This document shows positions 8,885-21,230 of a DNA stretch of 34,461 nt, in pieces. The notes under the pieces were generated by a model. That model was not told the DNA's origin. It saw only the letters and a list, made by a program, of their open reading frames with translations, and did no database searches. Location of the stretch: positions 1-34,461 of the forward strand of contig CAJVPI010000340.1 of assembly GCA_910592345.1 (NCBI GenBank), read 5' to 3'. Source of the stretch: Paraglomus brasilianum (taxonomy: Eukaryota). The position numbers and the translations under genes were made by a program. The first letter of the stretch is position 1. Each line of letters starts with the position of its first letter.

Positions 8885-11372
8885 CGTCAAGAGTTGGTAA
8901 GCAGTTTCAAGTATTGCGTAAGTTAATTTTGCGTGCGTGTGAATTAGGTAGGTCATGTGAATAAATTACACATTCCGTTAGGCCATGATTAAATCATCTG
9001 ACTGTAGTCACGTCATTGATAAGCTTAGATATGGGAGTAGTTTCAAGATTATTTGAAAATTTCACTAAAACAACCCACTCCGTTAAATAATTATCGGCAG
9101 AGAGAAAAAACCCGATCTACTGATATCTGTTTCACCTATAAAGACACTGGTTTGGCTACATTGTTTCATTTAGTTTAATCTTAGGTTGTTCCCACTCGAC
9201 ACACTCTCTCTTTCCAAACGTGAATTGTCAAGGAACTAACCTGTCTTTCGTATGAGTTCGCGTTTGCTCACCACCCAATTGCTATAAATTGGTGGAAACG
9301 ACCTACGAACCGATTTGCGAGGTTTTGCGCGGAAATAATACGTGTGCGTGAATAACTTGTGTTCTACATCTTGTGCACTGCCAAGTATTTTTAGAGAAAC
9401 AAGGTTTGGCTTGTATATATACTGTATGAATCGAGAATTCGCGCGCAGAACGAACAGTAATCCATGTCCCGTATCTATTTGATTTCTAAAACGCGATGAT
9501 TAGAAGTTTGGTTTACAAAGATAAGAGCCTTTATAATTCCAGTCTCTTGCATTAGTTATAGTTTATTAATCGGAAGGTGACTCGAGTTTATCGCTATACT
9601 GGTACATATTTAATAAGAATAATATATCGTATTTTATCGCCTGGTAGTTGCTACGCTTCGTACTGGATAATTCAATGTCCAGAGAATATGTCTAATTATT
9701 TTATGGAATATCTTGGATCTTACGTCAAATCGAGATAACGTATCCTCTAGTTCTTGAATATTGCTATTACATAATCCATACTTTCCACAAGTTCGCACCA
9801 ATAACGAGTTTCTGCTAGATTAAGGCTGACGTCCTTAAAACTTTACTACCTGGTAAACAAACACTTGGATGTCATTTTTTAAAGTGCAACTCCGATTACG
9901 GTTGCGGTAACAAGCTCTCAAATGTCTTCGTTTTGTGATGTTCAGACCGTCATTTCAATATAGCTTGTGCCATTTCCCGTTAAACACTCGACACGTCTTG
10001 TCTCCAACCAGAAAACTGAACAATCATTAGTTTCCTTCATGTGCTTACTAATGATGCGCCACTAAGTCAAAAGTTGTCACAAAATATCTTCGGGAAGAAC
10101 GAGCCTAATCTGACTCTAAGCCTTTTTTATTTCCTAAATCAAAAGAGCTTAGTGAAAAGCGGTTGAAAGAATTCAACACTTCACCTATACTATAAATCAA
10201 TAACTGATAGTATGCCATAAAAAGAATATTTCAGAGTTAATGTAGAAAGCCAAGACAATGTAGAGAGCTTAAATGGTAATATTATGAAGGAATGGCAGAA
10301 TTAAATAATCTTGTGTCAAACCTTTTTTTTTTTTGAAGAACGTTGATTTATCTTCATAATATATTATCACAATATCACGTGGGTCATTTTCAATGTATGG
10401 ATCGATTTACATTGCTGCCAACTTGTTGGTTCGAATATAGTTTGCTTGTAGACATGACGAGGATGTATGCGAAGAGTTAATATGGAAAAGTTCCTTAGGA
10501 AGAAAAACGGTTGGGGGTTTAAGAGAGGGATAATTGATTAAGGCTGCTCTGATTTAGCTTTACGTATTAGCTGATTATGATACTAGAGGAGATTGATAGT
10601 GAGAGGTAATAACACCAAGAATTGATAGCGGTTCAGGAGATGGAAGAGTGTATTTGTTGGAGGGATAATCGCTATTGAATCACATGATTTCGAGAAAGTT
10701 TAGTGCGTGCTCCATTGTATGTAGTCACTTAATTCACCTTGGGAGAATATTACAATTGATATCTCATCCCGATCCAGTTATTAAAACCTAGCTAAGCTGG
10801 GACTAAAGATAATTGATACCATATATTGAACGGTCGAATTCCCAACATACTGTGCAAATAACATTGGTTTTGCAACTTAATCCATTAAAATGTAAACTAT
10901 TGCATGACTATATTTTAGTGCTGAAGCAGCGTCGGTTCATAAATATAGCCCTCACTTCGTTCTATGGTATAATAATACTCAAATTATTTGATTTGTAAAT
11001 CGGGGGTGTGTTTTTTTCATAATTGATTGTATTGGTGGCCTCCAAAACTGTTTTACAGGGCAGACACCAATATATGACGGACTCGGAGTAGTTCAAGATA
11101 AATACCAGCAAGTCCTAAATTCAAACAGTTTTGAGATAAGGATTATCTCTGAGCCGTAGTGCCACAGAATTATGTGTTTTATTATTTCGTGTTACGTTGC
11201 ATGCTAGCAGAACAAGATTCATTGTTGCTTTTTCGAGGTAATTTTATTATTTCCCTAATCGTTTGTGAAATCTTGGCGTAACTGAATTACCAAGTTTTGA
11301 TAATGATGGATCAATGACCACTTTTGGAAATTAAAGTCTTATCAGTGTCAAAACGCTGCCCTTTCTTTTTCC

Positions 11373-11417
11373 CACCGGAAAACGGCTTTCTTCCTCCGAA
11401 AAACGGCTTTCTTCGTT
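11373..11417. repeat. Short 21-bp tandem duplication
   Basis: CCGGAAAACGGCTTTCTTCCT followed by CCGAAAAACGGCTTTCTTCGT. Confidence 0.85.
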
Positions 11418-11656
11418 CTTGAAATATTATCCAAACCAATTTACTTTAAATTTTATTGCTAAGAAAAATATAGCGTTCTTCCAGCGTAAGATATATAAAG
11501 GTTTATCACTGGTCATTGTGTTCGGTGCATAGCGACCGGAGTTTACCAATTATATGCAACTACTCTCTCGACTTGTGATAAGCTTTATGACTTGACTTAA
11601 TTTATTAATTAGCAACTATACATACTTGTGATACTAGAAAAAGAAAATTGACACTG

Positions 11657-14600
11657 ATGGACGAACGACTACTCCGTCTTCCATTTGAATTTGATGAAAA
11701 CGATAAGTTGGGCTCATGGGATGTTTTGCTCAGCGAAGATGCAATTAAAGATATGCGACAATTAGAGTCTGCATCTGTAATTAATGCGGTTATAAAAGAG
11801 CTCGTGCATATATCATCCGGGGCATGGGATAAACATGGACTCCGAGACGTACAGTCAGACGCGGCTCCTGTCTATGAAGTAAAACTTTTTGACAATCTGA
11901 CAATTCTGTGGCAAGTTGACTGTGGGTTTTCTGTTCGCAGCAACAGATTCATGCAACTTGTAAAGATTTGGGCTGTTACCGCTAACCAGGAACAGGTTAA
12001 CAAGAAATCAGAAAATATTTCAATGGTTTATCAGTTCTGTAACGCAGCACATATGCATCGATGCACGGTCCAGCAAGCAGGAAACAGGGGCATTATTTTA
12101 CCAAAAGTTTTCGATGATGAAGAAGAAATGGTAACCAAGTATACATCAGAAGTTAATATGGATGAAGAAAAACTGCTGGAAGTTCATAAAATGCTTATCA
12201 CGAATAAATTTACTCCCTTATCAAAGGTAAATGTGCAAAAAATATATTTTATTATACATTATACTATAGCCTAATACAAGCCATACAAACTACCTTGTAG
12301 AGTTTGCTCAATTCGCTTGTTATAGGCGGTCTTGAATTCACTTTCCAGATATCAAAAAAGGAGTATGAAATTATTACCAATCCTACATCAGCTATTGTTA
12401 TTGGGCGGTCGGGTTAGTACGGAATTCTAACTAAAAGATTAAGAGAGATAGCTGACAATATTTGATTAATATCTAGGAACGGGCAAAACAACGTGTATTG
12501 TATATAGGCTGATTGCTTCACATTTAGCAAAAAGACTTTACAAGACGCCATCGTGGCATGCCAATGAAGAAAATGTGCGCAGACGTCAGATATTCATTAC
12601 AGTGAGCACCAATCTATGCTCCCGTGTAAAGGAATATTTCAATCGACTGCAAAAGTCTGTGGACCTTGCCGGGAAAAAATTATCCGAGGCTTTATTTAAT
12701 GAGTACATAAGGAATAAAGCAGGAAATGCCATCGCAGTCGAGTTGATTAATAACACTATGCTCGAAGAAGCTGACGAAGAAAATGTATTGGGTAACATTC
12801 CCAATTCATTTCGTCAACTGACCGATGACCATTTCCCACTGTTTATTACATATGGTAAATTCATGAAAATGCTTCAGGGAACCTATGGCATTGATATTCA
12901 GAAGCTGATTCCACGACCAGATTTTAAAGATGAAAATGAGCCAGTTTATCGGGTGCCGTCTTTTCTCAAGAATTCTAAAGCATCTTGGGCACATTTTGTG
13001 AATTACAACATTTTCCAGAAAAGGTATTGGCCTCATTTAGGCGATTTATATAGAAACACGCTCGATTGTTCGCTGGTTTATGCCGAATTTTCTGTTATTA
13101 AGGTACGTTATAATTCTTAACATGCTATACTCATTAAAACGTTCTATTCCAACGTCTAATCTCCGTCTTTCTTTAATCAAGAGCTCGAATCTTGAGGAAG
13201 ACTACTTATCAAGAGTAGATTACCGAGAATTCAGCACAAGGAAATACTCAGTTTTTCGCTACAACCGGGATACGGTTTATAATTTATTTTTGCGTTACGA
13301 GAAGATGAAGGCACGAAATAATGACTACGATTCGAATGATCGGTAAGATTCGATAATTCAGAATTTTTTATTTAAAGTTTGGGCACATGTTTAAATGACC
13401 ACGTTTTTTTTGTAGAGCGTTAGCCGTCCTGCGTTGTGCCAGAACGGAGGACCTTGGTGACTTACACATTGACGAAGTGTATATTGACGAATGTCAGGAC
13501 AACAGCGTCACAGATTTTGCACTAATTTTAAAACTTTTCAACAACGCTGACAACATCTTTGTGGCCGGGGATATAGCGCAGTGTATTGCGCCAGGATCAT
13601 CTTTTCGATTTCAGGGTAATGCATCGGCACATTAATTCTATCTTGGTCCTAAAAAAAAGGAGGAAAATATAAAACACCTTTATTCATAAGACAACGCTTG
13701 TTATATTCCTACTACATATAGATATCAGCTACCTGATGCATAAGTGGGAACGCGAACGGATCCACCAACGCCCGCTCAGTAAAAGAGACCCCAAAAAGTT
13801 CGAGCTAAACGTCAACTACCGTTCCCATAATGGCATCCTCCGACTTGCTTCGTCGGTGATTGATCTTATATTGTTTTTCTTTCCCGATGCCATTGACCGA
13901 TTGTCGAGCGAACATAGTGACGTTTGTGGTCCCAAGCCTGTCATTTACAAAAATTTTCTTCAGGAAAAAACTGATTTATTCAAAATCTTTTGTGCGGGAG
14001 AGCGCATTGATGATAAAATCGAATTTGGTGCTGAGCAGGTCATTATCGTGCGTGATGATGAAGCTAAACAGAACTTAAGAGGAAAAATAGGCGATGCGGG
14101 TTTAGTAATGACAGTATTTGAGACAAAGGGCATGGAGTTTAATGACGTGCTGTTGTATAATTTCTTTACCGACTCGCCTGCATGTTTGAAAGTAAGATAT
14201 CTTACATTTTATTTTGACTGCGCTGTGTAGGCACTTTATTAAATTCTTGCTTGTATTAATTTAGTGGCGAGTAGTTCTCTCCGCTTTGGATAACTATGCT
14301 GACAGGACTCAGAGTTTTTCTCACGAGAAGCACTATATCCTTTCTTCGGAACTGAAAAACCTTTACGTCGCGATAACCAGAGCCCGGCAGCATGTCTGGA
14401 TATTTGAAGAAGATCCTGGGCCGATCCATCCAATTCAAAGGTACTGGGAACACCATGAACTGGTGAAGGTTACTTACGACTTGAATGAAATAAGCACTTT
14501 AACCACATTGGTTAAGAAAAGCAACTCGTACGATTGGGATCGACAGGGTAAGAATTTTTTTGAACAACAGAAATATGATCAGGTAAGGAATTCTTGAAAC

Positions 14601-17600
14601 GTGCAGTTGCATGCTTTGAAATTAACTGAACAAGACTGAAAGAATGAACGTTTAGGCTATGATATGCTTCCGCAAAGGTGGAAACGAAGAAAGGCATAAA
14701 TTGGCCGAAGCATATTATCTTCAACAACGTGCCAGGTTGCACATTGATTCTGATAGTGACACCGTCAGGAATAACTTCAAGAAGGCTGCTGAGGCTTTTG
14801 ATAAGTGCAACAGATGGGCTCAAGAGGCTTTATGTTATCAGGTAGAATATTTATATTGAAAGTTATGCGGTTAATTTCCTGGTCTTTGAGCTTTTAATAC
14901 TCTGTGAATTGATGTTTATATGAATTCGCAACCAATTCAAGGATGGCGGTATGCATGCAGAAGCTGGTAAAGCTTACTCTAAATGTAAAATGTTTGACCA
15001 TGCCGCAGACTGTTACTTTCAGGCCAGCATGTGGACTGCAGCGGGAGATTCGTATAAAATGGCGAAAAAATACAGTGATGCTATTGATGCGTATAAAAGG
15101 TGTAACCAGTATGAGACCATAATTAATTTGATGAAGAGGTAAGTCGCGCATATTAATGGATACGGTTATTGAAAATCTAATCGGAAACAACTGATGCTTA
15201 AACAATTTATTATATTCAAGACATAGGCAAGAAATTAGTAAGGAGTTACTTCTTGAAAATGTTCATCATGTATACGATCATTATCGTTTGAAGAACGAAA
15301 AGATGAAAGAACAAACCCTTGCTATCCTTCCAACGCAGGAAGAGCAGATTGAGTTCCTGAAAACTTATGGATTAAATGATCTTTTGGAATTTTATGAAGG
15401 AAAGTGTATGTTCCGCGATGCTGCAAGACTTCATCACTCGATCGGTAAATTAGAAGATGCTGCAGACATGCTTATTCGCACGAAAAGTGATGGAGACGTC
15501 TTAGAGGCATTGCAATGCTTGTTGCATCTGTGCAGAGTCAGCATACTAAGAAAGACGATGCCGGATATTATCACAAGCACTAATAATTCACAAGTGCTTC
15601 GTGATCTTCTTTCCAAAATAAACAGAATTCAACAGCTTGGATCTCAAAAATTGAAAAGGTCTGAGCAATGGAAGATTCTGACGGAAGAGATAAAGTTATA
15701 CTCGGCATATTTAGATGGAAACTTTGGGAGAGTTGACCAATGCATACAATTCTTCAGAGAATGTAAAGAATTTATTGCAGAATTTCGTGCGATAAGCATA
15801 TGGCTGAATTTCCAACTCAATCTTCGGGCTGACTATTGGCGCCAACGGTTACAACATTTGTTGAGGCTAGTTGAATTGATTTCTCCTTTTACCAAGTCAA
15901 CTCGAAGTGATGAAATTTGCAAGGATTTTGAGCAAATGTTTTGTGTAAGCACAGTGGAAAACCGTCCATCATGGCGCAAAACTCTTTCAGACAGCCTGCT
16001 CGCAAACAAATTGAATGATAAAAATGCAGAAAGTGAAGGTGAATGGCATATTTATAAATCAAAAGATGTGCATGGGACAATGTTGCAGTCTCTAGTGGGT
16101 TACATTTATCGTCTTATTCGGGAGGTTGACATATCAAGTAAAGATATTCCGGATATAGGTTTTCCTATATGTGACAGAAATAAACTCTGTCAAGGAAACA
16201 ATTGCCGAAAGCATCACGTATACCCGACGCCAACGAGTCTGTATGGACGCCTATCACTTGCATGTCTTCAGTACACTGTAGTGCGACAATTAGATGTATT
16301 GCGCGAGAATAATTGCCTTAATGATGGGCAAGTTCTTGGGTTGCAAAGGAAGTGGACTGAGAAATTAATTACACTTCATATTCGTTATCAGTCACCGCAG
16401 ACAAGTTGCCCAGAAGTAACGCATTGGGTAATTGACGAACTTTCTGAACACGCACGCAACGGGATTATTGGTATTGCTTATACGAAATGGTTAGGGGTCG
16501 ATTTCAAGTTCAGTGATTTTGCGAATATGTTAAAATGCATTTTCGTGTTTCAGCAGTTACGGGATAGAAATGGCATTGGAAAGTTCCATGAGGTGGTGTC
16601 AAAAACTCCAGACTTGAACAATTTACTATTATTGCCAATTTGTTTCGAATACAAAGGCAGAAAAATAGTTGCAGTTGGAAAGCGACTCTCTTTGTTTATG
16701 CAATTTTTCTATTCTAACAAGACTATCCACGCGATAAGAAACGCGACAACATTTATTGACTATGCCATAAGTAATGCTGAAAGCGTAAATATTGTCCAGC
16801 TTGACGCGCTTGGTGACCTCGTGTCTCTTATGGAATTCGCGACGTCTTTGGTTTTTGCAGCTCGCCCTGGATATTGCGATTCTTGTCTTCCTCGAAGCTA
16901 TCTGATTAATTACTACAGAGACAATGCGTACCCATTCTTTCCAAACCAAGGTAACCAATACAACACGGTGAACTATCACAATGCAATCAATAACGCTTTC
17001 AACCAAGCTCAACAGCTTTTCCACCTGATCTACAAGTTCCAGCCTTACTCACCGACTGTCGTTCGATTAATACGTCTCCTGGTCCTCATTGGCCTGAACG
17101 AATGCACATTCGAGTCACCTGTATTGAAGCTCTTTACAGATATTAGAAACCAATATTCATGTGTGGAGTTTAGGGGCTACGTGATGGCAGATAACATGAC
17201 ATACCTTGCAAGGATTTTGGCAAATGATCTCAAAGCAACAGGCTGCGATTCTCTGGTTATAATTCACAATTCTTGTGGTCCATCACGATTTCGCGGGCTG
17301 AATATATATGATGTCAAGATGCTTAGTTATAATTCTGTTGCAGGATTTTATTCTTCTCTGGATAAAATTGTATCACGTGTAGGAAAGACTAGTGTGGTAA
17401 ATAAATTCTCGCAGCATGCTGACGAAATTAATGAGAGCGATAAATCAATATACACTGCTTGTGAAAATCCTGCAGAGATGGATTTGCCTCAGGCTGATGA
17501 GAGCGATAAACCAATATACGCTGCTTGTGAAAATCCTGCAGAGATGGATTCGCCTCAGGCTGATGAAGCTGCCAGAAAAATCCAAGCTTGGTTTCGTCAG

Positions 17601-18152
17601 GCTCAGAAATCCCGCAAATTATGCTATGATATAATCTTTAATAAGATTTATAACGACATGCTGAGTTTCTGTCAGATTGTCACAAGGGAGAATAATGCAC
17701 GATCAGTTTACAAATACAATATTCTTTTGAGAGGTCCTGTAGTAGAAGTAATTATGAAGTTGATTAAATTGCGGCGTAGGATACTTACGATCAAGAATGA
17801 ATTACAGGAGGCAATAAATAATTATTCTTCAGACATCGCTGAGGTCAAAAGATGCCTGGAAGCACAGAAGTTTGTTGACATTAATTTAGCATTTTAATGA
17901 TTTGTCATTCTATATCCCAAGCTCACCAGAATCTGTTGTCGTTTCTGTAGGTATATTGACTTCTATTACAAGAAAGTTGATCAAAATATGGTATCATTCT
18001 TGACAACAAAGAATGTAACAAGGCATAGCCAGGCGGATGTTAAATGGCTGAAACGCCGATTGCAACAATCAAATGATATTGTTAATCAGAGTTTAAATTC
18101 ACTGGCCGAATGTGAGATAGACCTGTTTCTTTTTTCTTTTAGATATTTATAG
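11657..18152 (+). CDS. TRANK1-like UvrD/SF1 helicase with N-terminal RelE-like region, TPR repeats and C-terminal IQ motif; 11 exons, ~1896 aa (5' end uncertain)
   Basis: In-frame GT-AG exons: 11657-12226, 12301-12412, 12477-13102, 13182-13342, 13416-13615, 13722-14191, 14265-14582, 14656-14841, 14942-15138, 15221-17869, 17951-18152. SF1 motifs: Walker A GRSGTGKTT (split by an intron), Ia RQIFITVS, Walker B YIDECQD, III AGDIAQCI..GSSFRF, IV LNVNYRSH, V VMTVFETKGMEF, VI ELKNLYVAITRAR. FGAEQVIIVRD is TRANK1-like. TPR-like A-x-x-Y repeats span about 14540-15500. Confidence 0.9.
17431..17565 (+). repeat. In-frame 66-bp tandem duplication inside the helicase CDS
   Basis: Encodes ESDKSIYTACENPAEMDLPQAD then ESDKPIYAACENPAEMDSPQAD, starting at 17433 and 17499. 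Confidence 0.95.
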
Positions 18153-18906
18153 AGTTATCACCGGGTCACATGACATTATTTGATTTAACTATTTATTAAG
18201 TAACTTTGGGGAATGTAACCATGATCAGAAGCCATTTATTTCTCTTTTCGGGATGGGAGAGGGGATGAAAGCCAAGGGTAAATAAACAGAAATTCCACAG
18301 GTTAAAATACAGTATATTGAACATGCGTGTAGTAGTTAAAAATAGAATTGGTAACTCTAAACTCATTTAGAGGAGAGACAAGTAAAAAGGGGGGAGGTCT
18401 ATTTAAAGCCTTGAGAAAGTATAAATAACATTCAAAATTGTTAAAACTGTTAGAGTATGCCGCAAATACAAAACGCAGGATACTAATACACATACAGATA
18501 GGCGACTATGCTTATGAAATGAAAGTTTGTGATTGAATACCTTGCTTGCACAGTTGCATTCGGTCTATGGGGAGAGGGCTTGTTCAATTACAATACGACC
18601 AGACGATATTCTCTAATTCAACTCTAACCACGGCCTCGCTACGTGTCCGCGTTACTTTAAGTCGTAGTTCTATTTTGCAAGCGATTCTCTCTCGCGAGAA
18701 AGTATTTTAAGTTGCCAATTTCGTTGCCAAATTTGCCACCGATAATAATTTATCAGTTTGTAAACAATTTTGCCTTGATTAACTTATCCTGGATATTTAA
18801 TATACGGAATGAGTTTTTAATCGATAATTCCGTGATACTTGATTTGACAGTTATATGATCTCCTACTGCAGACTAACCCGGCGATAATTTCTAGCTATTC
18901 TTTATA

Positions 18907-19299
18907 TTAGGGTCAACAATCTACGAAAGCATTTCTCCTGATATACAGTGCATGTGTGCCAAGAATAATCCAATTTGCGTCATTTTAAATTTAAAATAAA
19001 TAAACAGCATTTATTATTATTGCGTTCTTGCACATATTATTGTCACTTTCCAATTTTAAAAAATCTTTCTTAAGATAACTTGCTAAAAAAGTAACTTTTG
19101 TTACAATTCGAAAAAGATGATTACTGGTGAAATTTCTAAAGTTTTAGGACATATTTAGAGCTCTACAATTTAATCGAAACTTTGGCAATTACAGTGCGCA
19201 AAAAAGTTTTGCGTTCAAATAAACACGATTTCCTTCCGATATCCGCGTCTAGTCTCAAAAAAACATCTAACTCGGTTTATCCTTAGCATGTAACCCTAA
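18907..19299. mobile_element. Possible MITE / non-autonomous DNA transposon relic
   Basis: TTAGGGTCAACAATCTA at 18907 and TAGCATGTAACCCTAA ending at 19299 form imperfect inverted termini (7 bp perfect) around an AT-rich non-coding interior. No clear target-site duplication. Confidence 0.25.
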
Positions 19300-21230
19300 C
19301 AAAAACTCATCAATTTGGTAACTTGCGAGGAGACTTTTTGTAGAAGTCAAGAATGAGCAGTACATACAGTCTGCTTGTTATTATTACTATGTTGGATTTT
19401 TACGTTTGCACTCGAAAGATTACTCATTGCCTTGTGTTCACACTTGTCTCGCAGGTATTGGTATGTAAGGATGTATGTTAATATGTGCATGTATGTATTG
19501 CAAAATTATATAGTGATTTGTATTAAAGCAGGCAAGCAGTAGTGATTCTGTCACATTTTCATTGACTATGCTCATTTAGCTTCTTTACCCTTCAAGGCCA
19601 ATTACCTCCCTCTTTTTTCTCTAAAGATCTTTTTCCCTTTCTCAATCTGCACATTTATTTTCTCTTCTTTATTTAAACAAGTAGCTAATAACCTTCTTTT
19701 ATGTTGTGACAGTTAAATCATAGCAGGCTAATTAATTTAGTTAGTAAGTATAATTTTTAGATAGTAATAGAAGTTTGCTTAGTATAATTTTTTGTCAGTT
19801 TCAGTCATACTTGCATAACAAGATCCAAGAATTTATACTAAAGCAAAACCTTTCCATAGTGTTCCACCGCCGTTTGTTTAGTCATTATTTAATCGTCTAC
19901 AGCACACTTTCTGAGCTGTTTTTGGCTTTCTTATTGACACACGCCAGTCCATATAGAAGCGAGCTTTTGCGCCGTGTAATTACAACTACCAATCGACACG
20001 TCATATGACCACTACAGAGAATACAGTATATCATGAATAAGAGTCAAAAGATTAAGTTAAATGGAGGCAACATGTGAATTAAAATTATTTGGTTTTAGAG
20101 CAACACTGTCAAATAACCTATAAAGGAGTGGGTAAATCACGTATTCGGATTTATTACTCCTTTGGACATTAACGAATCATCGAGTAAGAAATAAAACAGG
20201 CCATAAAACCCGAGGGCATTATTAAAATGACCCTGAATCTTTTTGTTCCCTTTGCCTAGCCCATGTGATGCTACTCAAACATTTGAATTTTAACTCAATT
20301 TCGTCACTTCACTATGTTGGTTACATTTTGTAAAAAGGATGTCAGATTGCGCGATCAAGATTTAAGAATTGATTCTCCAAATATGAAAGTTAACCACCAT
20401 ACTGTTTAAAATGTAGTTGTAAAGAGTAAGAGGCCAATTGAGAAACATCTGACCGGTAAAACAGCTAAAGATTAACAAACTGTTAAAACGCTTTGTTTTT
20501 TAAACTGTTCCCATCGTTACTCACGAATGGTTTGTCTCGTTTATTTATTAACATTATTTTTTATAATTTTTTCTTATTTTTTATTTTTTATTTATTTTAG
20601 TTTTTTTTTGTTTGTAAAGAAAATCGGAAAGGGTGGGGTTTCTTTTCGACAATGAAAAAAATAACAAAGAAAAAAAAACGAAGAAGTATAGTAGAAAAAT
20701 CAGACCCACCAATCCTTCATCTAATCACTTCAATATAAAAAAAACCCCGCTCAACAAAATTTACAAAATTTCTTTTCTTTTCAAGTTAAAAATAAGACTA
20801 AAGATGGTCGTAATATTAAAGTGCATTAAATGGATATAAAAATTTAAGACAAATGCCAAGATTATATCTTACATTGATACTATAAAAAGTGCAGAGCGGA
20901 ACACATTACGCACATGATATATCTTTCATGCGAGACATATTATACATCAAATGTAGTAACAAAAAAAGGGTAAAAGAAAGAGAAAGAAAAGAAAAAGAAA
21001 AAAACATATTAAATATTAAAAACAATTAAATAATAATGTACTACAAATCCTAATGTCCGAGAGTTCATTCTTTAAAGAATTATCTTCCCAGAAGACTATT
21101 CCTTCTTTCTTTAAAGAACATATGCTACATTTACTTTGCGGCGTTCTACTAATAATTTATACTAAAAAAATTAATATTTACTTTTGAAAAAGGTTGGGAA
21201 AAAAAAAGAAAAACAAACAAACAAAACTAT

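Noticed and set aside
10380..10740. Purine-skewed stretch as a possible non-LTR retrotransposon relic
   Set aside because: No reverse transcriptase or endonuclease motif could be recovered in manual translation.
16629..17024. 131-aa minus-strand ORF
   Set aside because: Antisense shadow within the long helicase exon.
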